Of a DNA stretch of 64,000 nucleotides, positions 13,382 to 26,302 are shown piece after piece; within the stretch, counting starts at the first letter, position 1; the number at the start of each line of letters is the position of its first letter. Source of the DNA: Paecilomyces variotii (lineage: Eukaryota). The notes beneath the pieces are model-generated. The model worked only from the letters and a program-made list of their open reading frames with translations, was not told where the DNA came from and ran no database searches. Position numbers and translations under genes: made by a program. Where the stretch lies: assembly GCA_004022145.1 (NCBI GenBank), contig RCNU01000011.1. One strand, written 5' to 3'.

Positions 13382-14902
13382 ATGCTCAGTCTGCTTCGAC
13401 TTTTACCTGCATCGAGACCGGCTGTCATGGCCCCCCTCATCACCGTCGTCGGTGCCACTGGCACCGGCAAGTCTAAGGCATGTAGCTCGATATTCCTCGT
13501 TCTGGTATTGAGACATTGTTCTAACTGCTGTAGATAGCTTGCTGTAGATCTAGCGACCCGTTTCAACGGTGAAATCATCAATGGCGACGCAATGCAGATG
13601 TATCGTGGTCTGCCGATCATCACGAACCAGATTCCTGTCGAAGAGAGAAACGGCATTCCACACCACCTGATCAGCTGTATAGGGCTGGAGGAGGAACCTT
13701 GGCGGGTTGGCACATTTAGGAAGGAGAGCCTTCGACTTATCAAGGAGATACAGTCGAGAGGCAAGCTTCCCATTCTCGTCGGCGGGACACATTACTACAC
13801 CCAGTCGGTGCTCTTCAATGATGCGCTCGTTGGGAACGGATCAGGCGATGAGGATTTTGTTTCCGAAAAGGAATACACCTCGGCCTCCCAGGCATGGCCG
13901 ATCCTTGATGCTCCTGCGGAGGTAATGCTGGAGAAACTGAGGGAGGTAGATCCCGTCATGGCAGAGCGATGGCATCCGAACGAAACACGCAAAATCCGTC
14001 GGTCACTCGAGATATATTTTCAAACAGGCAAGCCAGCCTCGGAGATTTACGCGGAGCAGAAGCGTCAAAGACAAGCCTCGTTGCTTGCTGGGAATGAAAT
14101 TGCAGGGATTGGTGGGGAAGACAGGCTCGACGCTCAGCTCAGCGCCGCCGGACAGATGCGATACGACACTCTGATATTCTGGGTTCATTCAGATAGGGAG
14201 AAACTGCGGCCTCGACTGGATGCGAGAGTTGATTCGATGATCGAAAACGGGTTGATGTCGGAAGCTCAGACCATGTCCGATTATCTTCAAGAGAAGGCAT
14301 CGCAAGGCATTGCTGTCGACAAAACACGAGGAGTATGGGTCTCAATTGGTTTTAAGGAACTGCAGCCTTACTTCGATGCTCTGCTTGAGGGAACTATGAG
14401 TGAGCAGGAGCTTGATTCCCTCAAAAGAACTTGCATTGATTCTGTCAAATCGAGCACACGCCAGTATGCCGTCTCCCAGATCAAGTGGATCCGAAACAAA
14501 TTATGGAACGCCCTCGCGGAAGCAGGAATGTCACATAGGCTCTATGTACTCGACGCTAGCGACGTGGATAACTGGAGGAAATGCGTCACTGAGCCCTCGG
14601 AAAAAGTCACAATGTCATTCCTTGGTCATGAACGCTGTCCCGATCCCAAGTCGCTCTCAGAATTGGCGAGAGCCACACTGAGCGCGAAAGAGCAAGCATC
14701 AACGCCGGTTGAAGTCACAATGAAATGCATGACGTGCGAGGTGTGCCAGAAGACGATGATAAACGAAGAGCAATGGAATGTACATATCCAGGGACATGCT
14801 CATAGGAGAGCTCTCAAATACGCTGCCAGGAGAGCTCAGAAGGAAGAGTATTTCAAACAGCGAGAATTGATCAAGGAAAATGGAGTCAAGGCAGAAGAGT
14901 AA
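13382..14902 (+). CDS. MOD5: tRNA dimethylallyl(isopentenyl)transferase (i6A37) with C-terminal zinc finger; GC-AG intron 13478-13537; alternative start 13427
   Basis: VVGATGTGKSK|LAVDLA, IINGDAMQMYRGLPIITN, VGGTHYY, IGFKE and TRQYA, plus C-terminal CEVC...H...H. Confidence 0.93.
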
Positions 14903-15530
14903 GGCACTGGATGTTTCCTTCCTCTTTTATCATCCTGCCGCGTGAGACTCTGAAATACACCTCGTGGCCACTATTGATATTGTCTATAGTCTTTTTTGCA
15001 CCATAAAATTCTCAACATTGAAAACTATAATATAATAATAGCAGAGATACTTCTATTTATGTCAAATAGTCACTGCTTGCTCCGATTCAATATTTGACTA
15101 TACTTTCTGTGTCCTCCCTGTGATTAGAACATACGTGATTACTGGATTCTATTATCTAATTGTATCATAGTTGGGGTAATCCGCAATGCTAAGAGATACA
15201 TCGATTCGGAGTTGTCTTGGATGCCGAAGGGCGAACTTTATAATCCAGTACGATCGTCGTCCCGATGGTACTAGCCGAGGGATATCTGGTTGATATTGAA
15301 GACAACTGGCATCCTTGTTTACATGCCTCTTGACAAACAGCAATATGAAGCTGAGCCCTTGCCCTCGTCTTAGAACGATTTGAGTAACTGAAGCTATAAA
15401 TAATTGTCTCCCGGAACATGGTGATGCGAAAATGCGACATTAAAAGATTAGAAAATGATGAAAACCCCATTTCTAGTTTCTGTTATATCCTTTTTTGGGG
15501 TCCACATCGACAACGAGAGACAATATGATG

Positions 15531-17673
15531 CTAAAGTATGTCTCTAAATAAGATATCCTGGAATAGATCCATTGGTGACGGGATCTCGTCACCCTCTAAA
15601 GAAACCATGCATGGACCGGGCTCATTATCGTTCGGAATACAATCATGAGAAGATACCTTAAATGACCCTAGGGGCTGGATACTTGCCCCAAGCACGTCTG
15701 GTGTGTTAGGCTCGCAGCAGCCGTGAATTACAGATGCCCGCTCCATAAGCCGGGAAATAGGCTTCAATATCATGACGCCTTTTTGGAAGTCCTTCTGTGA
15801 CCACCGGCGTATGGCTCTGTCCACTACACTCCATGCTCGATGGGCCTCTGGAGAGCATTGTCGATCACATAGCTCAGCCAGGATGAAGGCCGCAGCATGC
15901 CACTGCATATAGGCCTCGAAGAACCAAGACCATTTCACGGTCCTGTCATCGGTTTCGAGAAGATAAGCCAACTCTACCACTTCAATGGCTGTCTGGAACA
16001 TCTGTTCTCGTACGGAGGAATCGAGAGGGATTTCGTTGGAGATCCATTGGGAAAAATGAGCAACCAACCATGAGCGCGCGAAAACCATCCGGACGACGGT
16101 GTCTGTTACCCACTGAATTGGTACTGATAGTTCGCAGAAGCGGAGATACTTTTCCTGCAAATGGACTTGGATCTTTGCCAATTCGTATATATGCTCCTCT
16201 AATGCTAGCATGACGGGCCCCTTGGCGGATGTGACATGCGGCAGGCGGCAATGGGCGACAGTCATCTCACATCGTAGTAGGCAAAATGTCATCTCCGTAA
16301 ATCCATTGTGCTCCTCTGGCATTTCCATAGTCTCAGGTGATAGATCCGAGTCATTGATATTCAATGGTAACTTGGTATCGTAGCTACCTTCTTTGATCTG
16401 ACTTCCGATGGCATGATACTCAGCCGTCTGCCAATCCAGTAAGTAGATGTGCCACCAGAGTCGCCGACGTATTTCTGTTTCGAAGGGGTTCAACCCAAAA
16501 GCACTCCCGTCACGATGCAACCCGAGCCCCTGAGCCATCCGATATATTGCAGCAGTCATGGTCCATACAAATTCGGCATCTCCTGGTTGGCGAAGACATG
16601 TCAAAAAGAGGACAGATGCCTGTAACAGAGGCAGGTTACGGGATTGAAGAAAGCCAGCCCTCGCCAATGCTTGCTGAGTGGCAAAGCGATAGCGTTGAAG
16701 GGCTGACTGGTGATCTTCGCCCAAGGAACGCTGACGTTCTTCGGGACCCATGCTGGCAACTGAGGCGAAATAGACTGCAAAAATAACCGCTTCAGAAGTC
16801 CTGTCTAGGATGTCAGGCTTAGTGGACGCCTTGCGTATGAGCGTCTCAAGAGTAGGCTTGTGGAAGATCATAATCACCGGCGCCACATTCTGTTGGTAGA
16901 TCTCCCATAGGAGCTGACTTTGTGCTATGCTAGGATGGAAATCGCAAAGAGAGTCTGCGAAGCACGAATAGCCAAAGAGGAAAAAAGTATCATTATGCAT
17001 ATACTCTTTTCCCAAATCACCACATTCATCAGAGTCTTCCGAACGGTTGTTGGGTGATCCAACGAGATCCTGAAGCTCTTTGATCTTTCCACCAAGAAGG
17101 GCAACCGTGTTAGCCACAGAGACTAAAAAAAAATAGACTAAATGTTCCCGTGTATGGTGCAAGTTTATAATCACTCACCTGATCGCCCAGGCTAACTAAT
17201 GCTTCATGGGTGATATACCGACTGAACTTTCTGTCCACAACCAGCCTCCCCTTTTCGTTCTCCGAGGGACCGACCGAGCACCGTCGATAATGTTCCTGGG
17301 GTTGATGCGTCCCAATTGGACGCTCCTTTTTCTTAGGAGACTCTTCTGCAGCGGAAGGACCTATTGCAGAAGCGTCTCTTTGGAGGAGCTGGGTTTGTGC
17401 AACATTTAGCTCCCCCGTAAGCCCTTTGATCTTCTCCTCTAACTTGTCCAAGCGGGCCACAAGCTCGGCCTTCAAGGGTCTTTTCTTTCTCCGAGGCGCA
17501 CGACCTGGGCCGGGGAAGACACAATCCGTTTTGGACTTAACACAATTAGTACATGGCTGGCTTCTGCTACATCGGACCTTCCTCCGGTTGCACATCTGAC
17601 AACTACGCGAGTACATTTGTCCATTGGCACTAGGCCCTGACTGAGGACTCTTTCTGAACTGTATATCGGCCAT
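15531..17673 (-). CDS. Zn(II)2Cys6 transcription factor with fungal-specific TF domain (intron ~17178-17085)
   Basis: CQMCNRRKVRCSRSQPCTNCVKSKTDC zinc cluster, plus a middle-homology region with GLGLHRDG and EIRRRLWW. Confidence 0.92.
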
Positions 17674-18428
17674 TTCTCAAGAGGCCAGCGCGACGAATAT
17701 GCAACTTGGTCAGGAAATCAGGTCAACACCATAGAGGGTCTATTGTTTCGGAGAGGAGATGGGAGGAGTACTGTATGCACAGTCAAAAACATAGATCACA
17801 GAAAAGGAAGTCTAAATACCAGCCAGAAAGGCGAAGAACTATGCCCTTCCACGATAATCATTCTCTCAATAATACGAAAGCTAAGATAAAACTGCTAGGT
17901 GTGTCTATACAAAAGCCTCATACTGTCCGAGATCCCTCGGTGTCAAAATAAAGCCCGAGATAGAGTCTCTTTAGTCATCATCGCGGGGTGGGGCCCGACC
18001 AGTTTCAACTCGTCCTGTTATATCGACCATGTGGGCTTATATACAGCAGTTCATGTGTCACTATGACCGTACCTTACCCATGTATAGTGTGAAGTCCTTC
18101 TCCTGTTAAGGTTTCTTGGAGAATAATCTAACTGGATGGAAGCTGTTCGGGACTCGAATAGAGTCCGAAAGCCCGAGATGATGTAACGAGCAGCAAGTCT
18201 GATCAGCAATCTACCTATACTAACTAGTAAAGATGGAAGTAACTATATGGTTTCTCTTTTTCATATTTCGCAGCTATAAGTCAACATATATACGTACATG
18301 AAAGAAAGTGAACATCCTCAGCTCGCATACCCATACTATACATCTGTGACATCATCTTGTCAAGATCCTTACCAAGAACGCAGATATCCCGAACAGACTA
18401 TCACCAATCTTAAAAAAGATCTTTGACC

Positions 18429-19395
18429 ATGACCGCAGTTCTAATCACAGGCGCAACAGGCAAACAAGGAGGGTCTGTCATTAAGAATCTCGTCGCCCGC
18501 AATGCTCCCTTTGAGATCTTGGCTTTGACGCGAAATTCCGCATCCCCATCGTCTCAGCGACTCGCCAAGCTGTCTTCCAGGATCATATTAATCGAAGGGA
18601 ACTTAGACAATCCCGCGGAGATCTTCCAAAGTGCTCGTCTCTTGACCACATCTCGTATATGGGGAGTTTTCAGCGTCCTGGTTAGTACCGACTGCTTCAT
18701 GCTGATACTGGAGAACCACAGAGTAACCAGATGAACCACAGGTGGCAATTGGCAACACTTCCAACGAAGAACAGCAAGGAAAGGGTCTCATTGACGAGTC
18801 CCTCAGACAAGGTGTCCAGTTCTTCATATATAGCTCTGTCGACCGCGGTGGTGAAGAAGCCTCGTTCAATAATCCGACCAATGTCCCGCACTTTATCCAC
18901 AAGCATAACATCGAGCACCATCTTGTGGATAGGGCCGAGGATAGCAACATGGACTGGACAATTTTACGCCCAACGGCGTTCTTTGACAATTTAGTTCCAG
19001 GATTTTACGGTAAGGCGTTTGCAACCAGCTGGCAGGTCTCTTTGAAGGACAAGCCCCTCCAGCTAGTCGCGACTAGTGATATTGGATATTTTGGCGCAGA
19101 CGCCTTCCTCAAACCGGAAGAATACAAGGGGAAAGGCGTCTCGTTGGCTGGCGATGAATTGACTTATGACGAGATGGCTCATATCTTCCAGGAGAAGACT
19201 GGACAACCTGTGCCCACGACCTTCCGCTTTTTGTGTTCTATTTTCCTGGCTTCGATGAAGGATTTTGGCTATATGTTCAAGTGGTTCCACGATGAAGGCT
19301 ACAAGGCCAACATTCCCAAACTCAGAGAGACATATCCGGAATTGAAAGACTTTGGATCCTGGCTTGAGAAGGAAAGCCAGTTTATGAAGCGCTAG
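18429..19395 (+). CDS. NmrA-like NAD(P)-binding protein (intron 18681-18741)
   Basis: VLITGATGKQGGSV, FIYSSVDRGG, PHFIHKHNIE, WTILRPTAFFDN and LQLVATSDIG. Confidence 0.92.
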
Positions 19396-19870
19396 GAGGG
19401 AACAAGGCGTACGCATTTTGTGTCCGTATCAGTGTTTTATTACTAGGAAGGCTAATGAGCAGCGTATCATTATTAATGGATGAAATATATATTGGATAAA
19501 TACACATAGCTTACAGATTAGTTGATTGCCCTTGATTGTGCCAGGTTGACAGTGAGCAGCAGCTTGCTATATATAACCCGCCGTGCCAGCAATGATCTAG
19601 GAGGGCCCAAAGAGGTCGGGCCACGTCCTCTGGAGAAACATGTCCACGCAAATGTTACCCATGCGTCGGAAACGGCGTATCGTCTTGCGGTAATAGGCTT
19701 CGAGCCCATTCAAGAGAAGATACGCAAGGCGATCTTCCTCAATACGCATGTCGCGTGGCGCATGGCGCTGAACTGTGCCACGTTCTGTCCTGATAGACCT
19801 TAGGACTCCATGGCTAAGGAAAAGAGAGTTATGATGAATGCTGAAGGCGTCATAGACCCGGGGTCAGCAA

Positions 19871-21456
19871 CTAAGAGCCTGGCATCTCCGTACGCCACGC
19901 CATGAAGGCAGGAGAAATGATATCGCCATGCCCGCCTTCTTCAACTTTGAACAGTTCGATAACCGGAGACTTTTCACGCTTTCGAATTCTCCACAGGCCT
20001 TGCCCTTGAACTTTCATCTTAAGCCCTGCAGTAACACATGAGTTTTCGGTTGTTTTCGGTTAATTCGACCTGAAGGTATTGTAGGTGTTACTCACATTCT
20101 AGGAACCCAGCAGTAAAATTGATGCATATGTTTCCATCCCATGTACCTTTCCCAACCCGCTTCACTTTTCCGGGTATCGCGTGAGTCTCGAGCTCTTCCA
20201 AACGCTGCAAAATGCCATCCTGGTTACGGAATCCGACAATAATCTTCGGGACACCGAGCAAGAACGACTGAGCCCAGAATTTGAGCAATTTTCGCTCGTA
20301 CTTGAGCATGTCTCGATCATTTCTTATCTCGGCCGATGTCTTCAATTCCACCCAATTGATCGGATCTTCCTTTCTTTCAGGTTTGCAATCCCACACTGAT
20401 AACAGATTAGTGGCTGCTATATTACCCTTCTTCGAGTTCCGGAGATCACATACCAGCATCGACCTCGCCTCCGATGATCATCTTTGCTTTCCCTATCCCA
20501 GTACGGACAACGGAACAATATTGGGCCTTATTATTCACGATCTGATCGGCGCGGCCTTCGATTTCCTCTCGAGGTGTGGGGTCCCATGGTTTGGAGAGTA
20601 CCGATAAGGTCTCGAATTTGTAGCCTGGAAAGGATTGTTAGTATTCCATTTTGATCTATGCGAAATGAAGCTACACACCCCAGAAAGACATCATGTCTTG
20701 CGACGGCATTCCTGGGGGCATCCTCTGGTTCCGCTGTGCTCGCTTCTGTTCGTTTTTATACGCGTTGTTTTCTTCAATGAAGCTGGATCAATCAGCGAAA
20801 CAAGGTCTTCGATATCTTTGTCGGACTTACGTACATTGTACCCTTCGCGAAGATTAATGTTAGGGCAGAATTCTTGGACCGCTGCTATATGCGATGTCAC
20901 TCACTTGGAAATTCGTCACATTCATTTCGAACCTGGGACATATCAATAATCGGTACCCTTAAATATCGATTGTAAGAGACGCACCCATTCATAATATCGA
21001 AAGGAGCGGTCATGATCTGTCCACCACCATTAGTCTGAGTTGGTGATCCCTTGATGCTGTTGTATTTCCCCTACCTTTGTCATCATGCCTCTCCAGGTTA
21101 TGACATCGGCCTCACATTTCGACCCCGTACTCTTTTCATGCGCCATTATTGTTTCCAAGAGGGCATCCAAGTGTTCGTCTCCAGAGTCGTCTAGCTGCTG
21201 GAACGTATCGAAACCACGACTCAAGTCTGCAGGCAGATCCGGAGGGTAATAATAGCGGAGGGAGGAGTCGTCGAGATGGAAGCGATGCTCATCATCATAG
21301 GAAAAGCAAGCGATCTCCTATCGATACATTAGCATTTCTACGACAGCGAGAGAAGTATGCAAAGAAGAATGAACGGCTTACCCTGGGACGTCTTATGGTC
21401 GCATCGGAGCCCTGGAACCGCTCCAGCGGGAAAATATCAAAAGCCTGAGAGTTCAT
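19871..21456 (-). CDS. RAI1: Rai1/DXO decapping exoribonuclease, multi-exon with an 8-nt microexon
   Basis: EIACFSYD, ADVITWRGMMTK, FQ|GTI|FIEEN, GGEVDA, WVELKTS and KFWAQSFLLGVPKIIVGFR. Confidence 0.9.
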
Positions 21457-21987
21457 ATTTTTTTTAATGAATGGAAACCTCTGCACAGGAAGGAGGAGAT
21501 GAGGAATTGCAAGAGCAAGATCGCATATGTCGAGAATGCGCTTAGATGAGAGTCGCGTCGCAGTTGTCTCCGACTCTTATGTCGGACATGCAAACCGCAA
21601 GCGATTACCCGTAGGAGCAGGATATGATAAATCAACGTTCAATGATCGTTTATGTAGACTGTCGCAGTTCCATGTACAAAAGCAGAATGAGTGATAGGTT
21701 CGCCATGGTAGCTTGATGCCTAGATAAACGGGAGATTGTCATTCTCCGCGGGTTCCATCGATTCCATCGTCCCCACGACTTCAGAGCTCCCGCCAAGTCC
21801 CACCGTGGGCAGCAACTTCCAGCTCCAGCATCGTCTACAACTTCCACTCACTTTTCGCACCTTGACGGACAAGCAAGCGCATCTTTCAAGGTAGAGTACC
21901 CTCCGGAAAGCAACATCTGGAGACGACAAGTGCGTTACAGCCTGCTAATCGTGAAAGCGTGCAGTCGCGGGGCACCGCAACTCAGAC

Positions 21988-23287
21988 ATGACTTCGAAAA
22001 TCGAGAAGACGATTGCGCGACAGCAGGAAAAGTACTATTCCACCGATCTTAGCTGCTTACTTTCGCTGCACAGAGCTGACCTGGGTATTGCTTTCCTCTA
22101 GAATTGCCTCGGGCGCTTACTATGAAGCGCACCAGCAGCTCCGTGTCATCGCCGCACGTTACGTCAAACAATCCAACTACGATGCTGCCGCCGACATTTT
22201 GGCCGGAGGCGCGATAGCCCTGCTCAAAGCTGGTTCCCAGCAGGGTGCTTCCGCCAGTGGTGGTGACCTGGCTATTATGCTGCTCGTGGAAGTTTATAAC
22301 AAGGCGGGTTGGGAGATCGAGGACAACGGTGAGAGTGCGCGCAGGAAAAGTAAGTCCTAATATGGCCCCGACCTTGTCTGTGCCTGAATCATGCTTCGTG
22401 TGGTTCAATAAGGATATTGCAATGCAATACAGCAGCCTTTCTATGGTAGAAATAAGCTTGCTTTCGTTGCTAACAGGAGCTGTTTCAACAGAGCGACTAA
22501 TTGAGATCCTGCGCGAATTCCCGCCGGAGGAACCTACGAGAAAGAGATACATTCAGGAGATGATTAGCTGGAGCAGCAAGTTCGGTCCTATTGAGCGAGG
22601 AGATCCAGAGCTACATCATGCTGCTGGATCGGTTTATGCTGAAGGTAGGGCGAGGTGTCCCCTTCTCCGTCAGATTGCAGGATGGGCCTATCTGACAATT
22701 TAGAAAACGAACCATACGACGCAGAGAAGCATCTGATCCTCGGTACACCAGAGTCGGCGGAAACCCTTGCGAGACTCGAGTATGAGTGGTATACAAATGA
22801 TGACGCGCATACCGCGGCCATCTACGCCTCTCGGGCAGTCTTCCCCTATCTCCTGACCGGAAATATCCGCAGCGCGAACAAGGCCTTTTTGATCTTCACG
22901 TCGCGGCTTTCGTCGTCCAACCCGTCCCTCGGAGCGCAGGCAGTGAGCAGTGCCAGTTCCGACATGAGAGTCTATCCTTCGCTCCCACTCTTAAACTTCA
23001 TCAGCCTCCTTCTCCTTGCCATCCAACGCGGAACCCCGGAACTATTCAGACAGCTCACTACGCATTATGCGTCTCATATCCAAGAGGTGGGCATTTGGGA
23101 TGACTTCTTGGCACAGTTTGGTGAGATGTACTTCGGTATAAGGGTTCCACGGCAAGGCAACCCGCTGCTGGACATGATGGGCAGTATGCTCTTCGGCGGA
23201 CAGGGAGGTGGCAGCTCAAGACCCGGACAAGGAAGAGGATCGTCAAAGAAAGTGGAAGCAGCACCGCCAACAATGGAGCTCGATTGA
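21988..23287 (+). CDS. GET4: Golgi-to-ER traffic protein Get4 (tail-anchored protein targeting)
   Basis: YYEAHQQLRVIAARY, ASGGDLA, GDPELHH, AEKHLILGT, RAVFPYLL and YFGI...NPLLDMMGSMLFG. Confidence 0.9.
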
Positions 23288-23423
23288 TCGTCCGGGAATA
23301 GCGGAATGGGCGAAGACATGCGGAGGAGTAGGTTCGAGATGACTGGCCATTTAGCACAATCATCGGCACAACGCTTCAGGTCATATTGGCGCCAGATCTT
23401 GTCGATAGTAGGGACCGAGATAC

Positions 23424-24256
23424 TTATATTTGTCTCTCATCTTCTGGCTCATACATCCAATTGTCGTCGTCCAGAGCCGCGACCTTGTTCCGGAGACTCT
23501 GATGGATGAGATTGAGAATTTCTGTTCATAATTAGCTGGGCCATTATTGTAGATCGAATGAGAATACAGTAACTCACCGGCAGGTTCACCGCTGATCTGC
23601 CGGCTCCGATTTCGATACATCATTTCGACCAGACTGGCTTCAATCTCTAGCAGGGGGAAATCTTAGTAACTATTCAAGCTCGCGCAGACCATATGCGACA
23701 TACTTTCTTTCTCCCGGCCGCTGATATCCGCATCGCCAACTGAGCTGACGCCAGTGCCACCGGACCCTCCACTAGGTCTCCCTTCTTCCACTCCCTCCAT
23801 TGGGACTTCGTCGCCGTCCTCGCCGGTCATCGTCGGCGAGAGGACGGGTATATCAAGTCTGTAGCCACCGTTCTTGTCCTTGACCACGATGTCTCCATTG
23901 TCCACAGGCCCTGCACCCAAAGAAGACGATCCTGCCAATTCGACCGTCGAAGCTGTTCTTGTCACATGTGGCCTTCCGGTGACCTCGTGCCCTTCTTCTA
24001 TCGGTGGAGCTGACGCCGTAGACGCTGGTCGTCGACTGAGATGATGGTGGAAAAGGTTTCGACGAACAGAGGTCGGGCCCATCTTGGACTTCGCCGAATG
24101 TTGAATCGGAGCTGGAGCGCGCGGCACTACTGCTTCTGGAGGTGGATTGAAAGTAGTATTATGCGCCGCAACCGTCGTCGCCGTCGAGGTGCTGCTCACT
24201 GAATGGGCACGCGCCGTGTGATGATATCGCGAGGTCATCGTCTGCCTCGTGGGCAT
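23424..24256 (-). CDS. Hypothetical protein with a low-complexity N-terminus and a structured-looking C-terminal tail (3 exons)
   Basis: ORF 23663-24310 plus two spliced exons with GT-AG boundaries, giving ...IEASLVEMMYRNR...ILNLIHQSLRNKVAALDDDNWMYEPEDERQI*. The start may be 24256 or 24238. Confidence 0.65.
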
Positions 24257-24983
24257 GAAGTGGGCCGAATGGTTCTCAAAATGGATAGGCGGAAATGGGG
24301 AGGAATGCAATGCAGTAAGGTAAAGAGTGCGAGACTAGAACATAGGTAATGATAAGAATACAGCGCGCAGATCCCGTCCCATCTTGACGGAATGGAAGTG
24401 CTGAGGAGACGGTTGATGTGTTTTCGGGGTCGATGGCCTAGTAAGTACTTAAGTAGTATGTGTTCTTGCAGATGCGGATCGGTGTTAATACTACTAAGTA
24501 GGGCCCGGCCATAGTATTGATCAGAACTGCCCCTCCAAGCTCTAATATGCGGGTAGTTTTTGGATTAATTGGTCTATGAGAATATGGATCAATTTTATAT
24601 ATATTTTAGGTCTCTTTTGAGCCTTGATATCGTAGGTAAAATTGAAATTGTGCCTGGAGCCCCTCTCATGGAGCTTCTTGCGAAAGCCAGACATGGTTAA
24701 TAACGCAAACACAGGATACATTTGGAAGTTTGTAGAGTCAGCTACTATAAATTATTCCTGCCAATACTTGATTCACCCCAATATTGAGCTGGTGCCGGTG
24801 AATTCCTCTCATAAATATTGAGCTACGGAGTGGAAGACGAGCTAGATGTGCACAGACCAACCGGATGAGCTGCGGGGAGCGACGCGTGAAATCCCATTAA
24901 AGATTCACGCGTTTGACCGCGGATGAGCTGCTTGGATGCCAGACCTGAGCTTCGTCGATTGAATTGGAGATATACCAGACACA

Positions 24984-26302
24984 ATGGTACAGGCAGAGTC
25001 TTCCTCCGCTGCTGCAAAGAACGGCTTACGAGCCACCGCTGCAGGGGCTCCTCCAGACTACGAATTGCCCTGGTAAGTGGTGCCTGTCACGTTCTCATAC
25101 TCGATATCGCCAGATGAGATGAGATCTAGCCGGTAGATCAAGAAGCTGACGCAGCGTGGCACCTTCTAGGGTCGAGAAATACAGACCTGTGCTCCTTGAC
25201 GATATCGTTGGAAATACAGAGACGATAGAACGATTGAAGATAATCGCCAAAGATGGGAACATGCCTCATGTCATTATCTCCGGCATGCCTGGTATCGGAA
25301 AGACGACTTCGATATTGTGTCTAGCAAGGCAGTTGTTGGGGGATTCATACAAGGAGGCTGTTTTGGAGCTTAATGCTAGTGATGAAAGAGGTGCGCTGCT
25401 CATTTAGATACTAGTAATGAGCAGATTGTGCTGAGACAAGCGTATAGGTATCGATGTTGTGCGGAACCGGATAAAGGGATTCGCGCAGAAGAAGGTCACA
25501 CTACCGCCTGGCCGACACAAGATTGTGATCCTTGATGAAGCTGATAGGTATGTACTCAGGTATAATGCGCCTTCTATGCTCTGCTGACTTCTCCTAGCAT
25601 GACCCCCGGCGCTCAGCAGGCCCTGCGTCGGACTATGGAAATATACTCCGCAACGACCCGTTTCGCCTTTGCTTGCAACCAGTCGAACAAGATCATCGAG
25701 CCATTGCAGTCGCGATGCGCTATCCTTCGCTACGCTCGTCTGACGGATGCGCAAGTGGTGAAACGACTAATGCAGATCTGCGAAGCTGAGAAGGTGGAAT
25801 ACTCTGAGGATGGAATTGCTGCATTAGTCTTTAGTGCCGAGGGAGATATGCGTCAAGCCATCAACAACCTCCAGAGTACCTGGGCGGGTTTTGGCTTCGT
25901 CAGTGGAGACAATGTTTTCAAAGTCGTGGATAGCCCGCACCCGATCAAGGTTCAGGCCATGATTAAAGCTTGCTGGGAGTGCAAGGTAGACGTCGCTCTG
26001 GAAGCTCTCAACGAGCTATGGTATGTACTATCCATTAAATCACACAGCGCACATACTGATGTTGTATCAGGAACCTTGGCTACTCGTCGCATGATATCAT
26101 AAGCACCATGTTCCGTGTCACGAAGACGATACCGACCCTCTCGGAACACTCAAGGCTGGAGTTTATCAAGGAGATTGGATTCACACATATGCGCATCCTA
26201 GAGGGCGTGCAGACGCTGCTTCAGCTGAGCGGATGCATCGCCAAGCTTTGCAGGATCAACATGAAACCACAGTTATTTGAGCCTAAAAACACGTCAGATT
26301 AG
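24984..26302 (+). CDS. RFC4: Replication factor C small subunit (yeast Rfc4/human RFC2 type)
   Basis: [49 protein letters not shown], the SRC motif and [15 protein letters not shown]. Confidence 0.93.

Noticed and set aside
20783-20834. Possible stwintron (nested donors GTAC|GTAAGT) in RAI1
   Set aside because: The intervening sequence is only ~52 nt, too short for two introns, and has no second branch/acceptor set.
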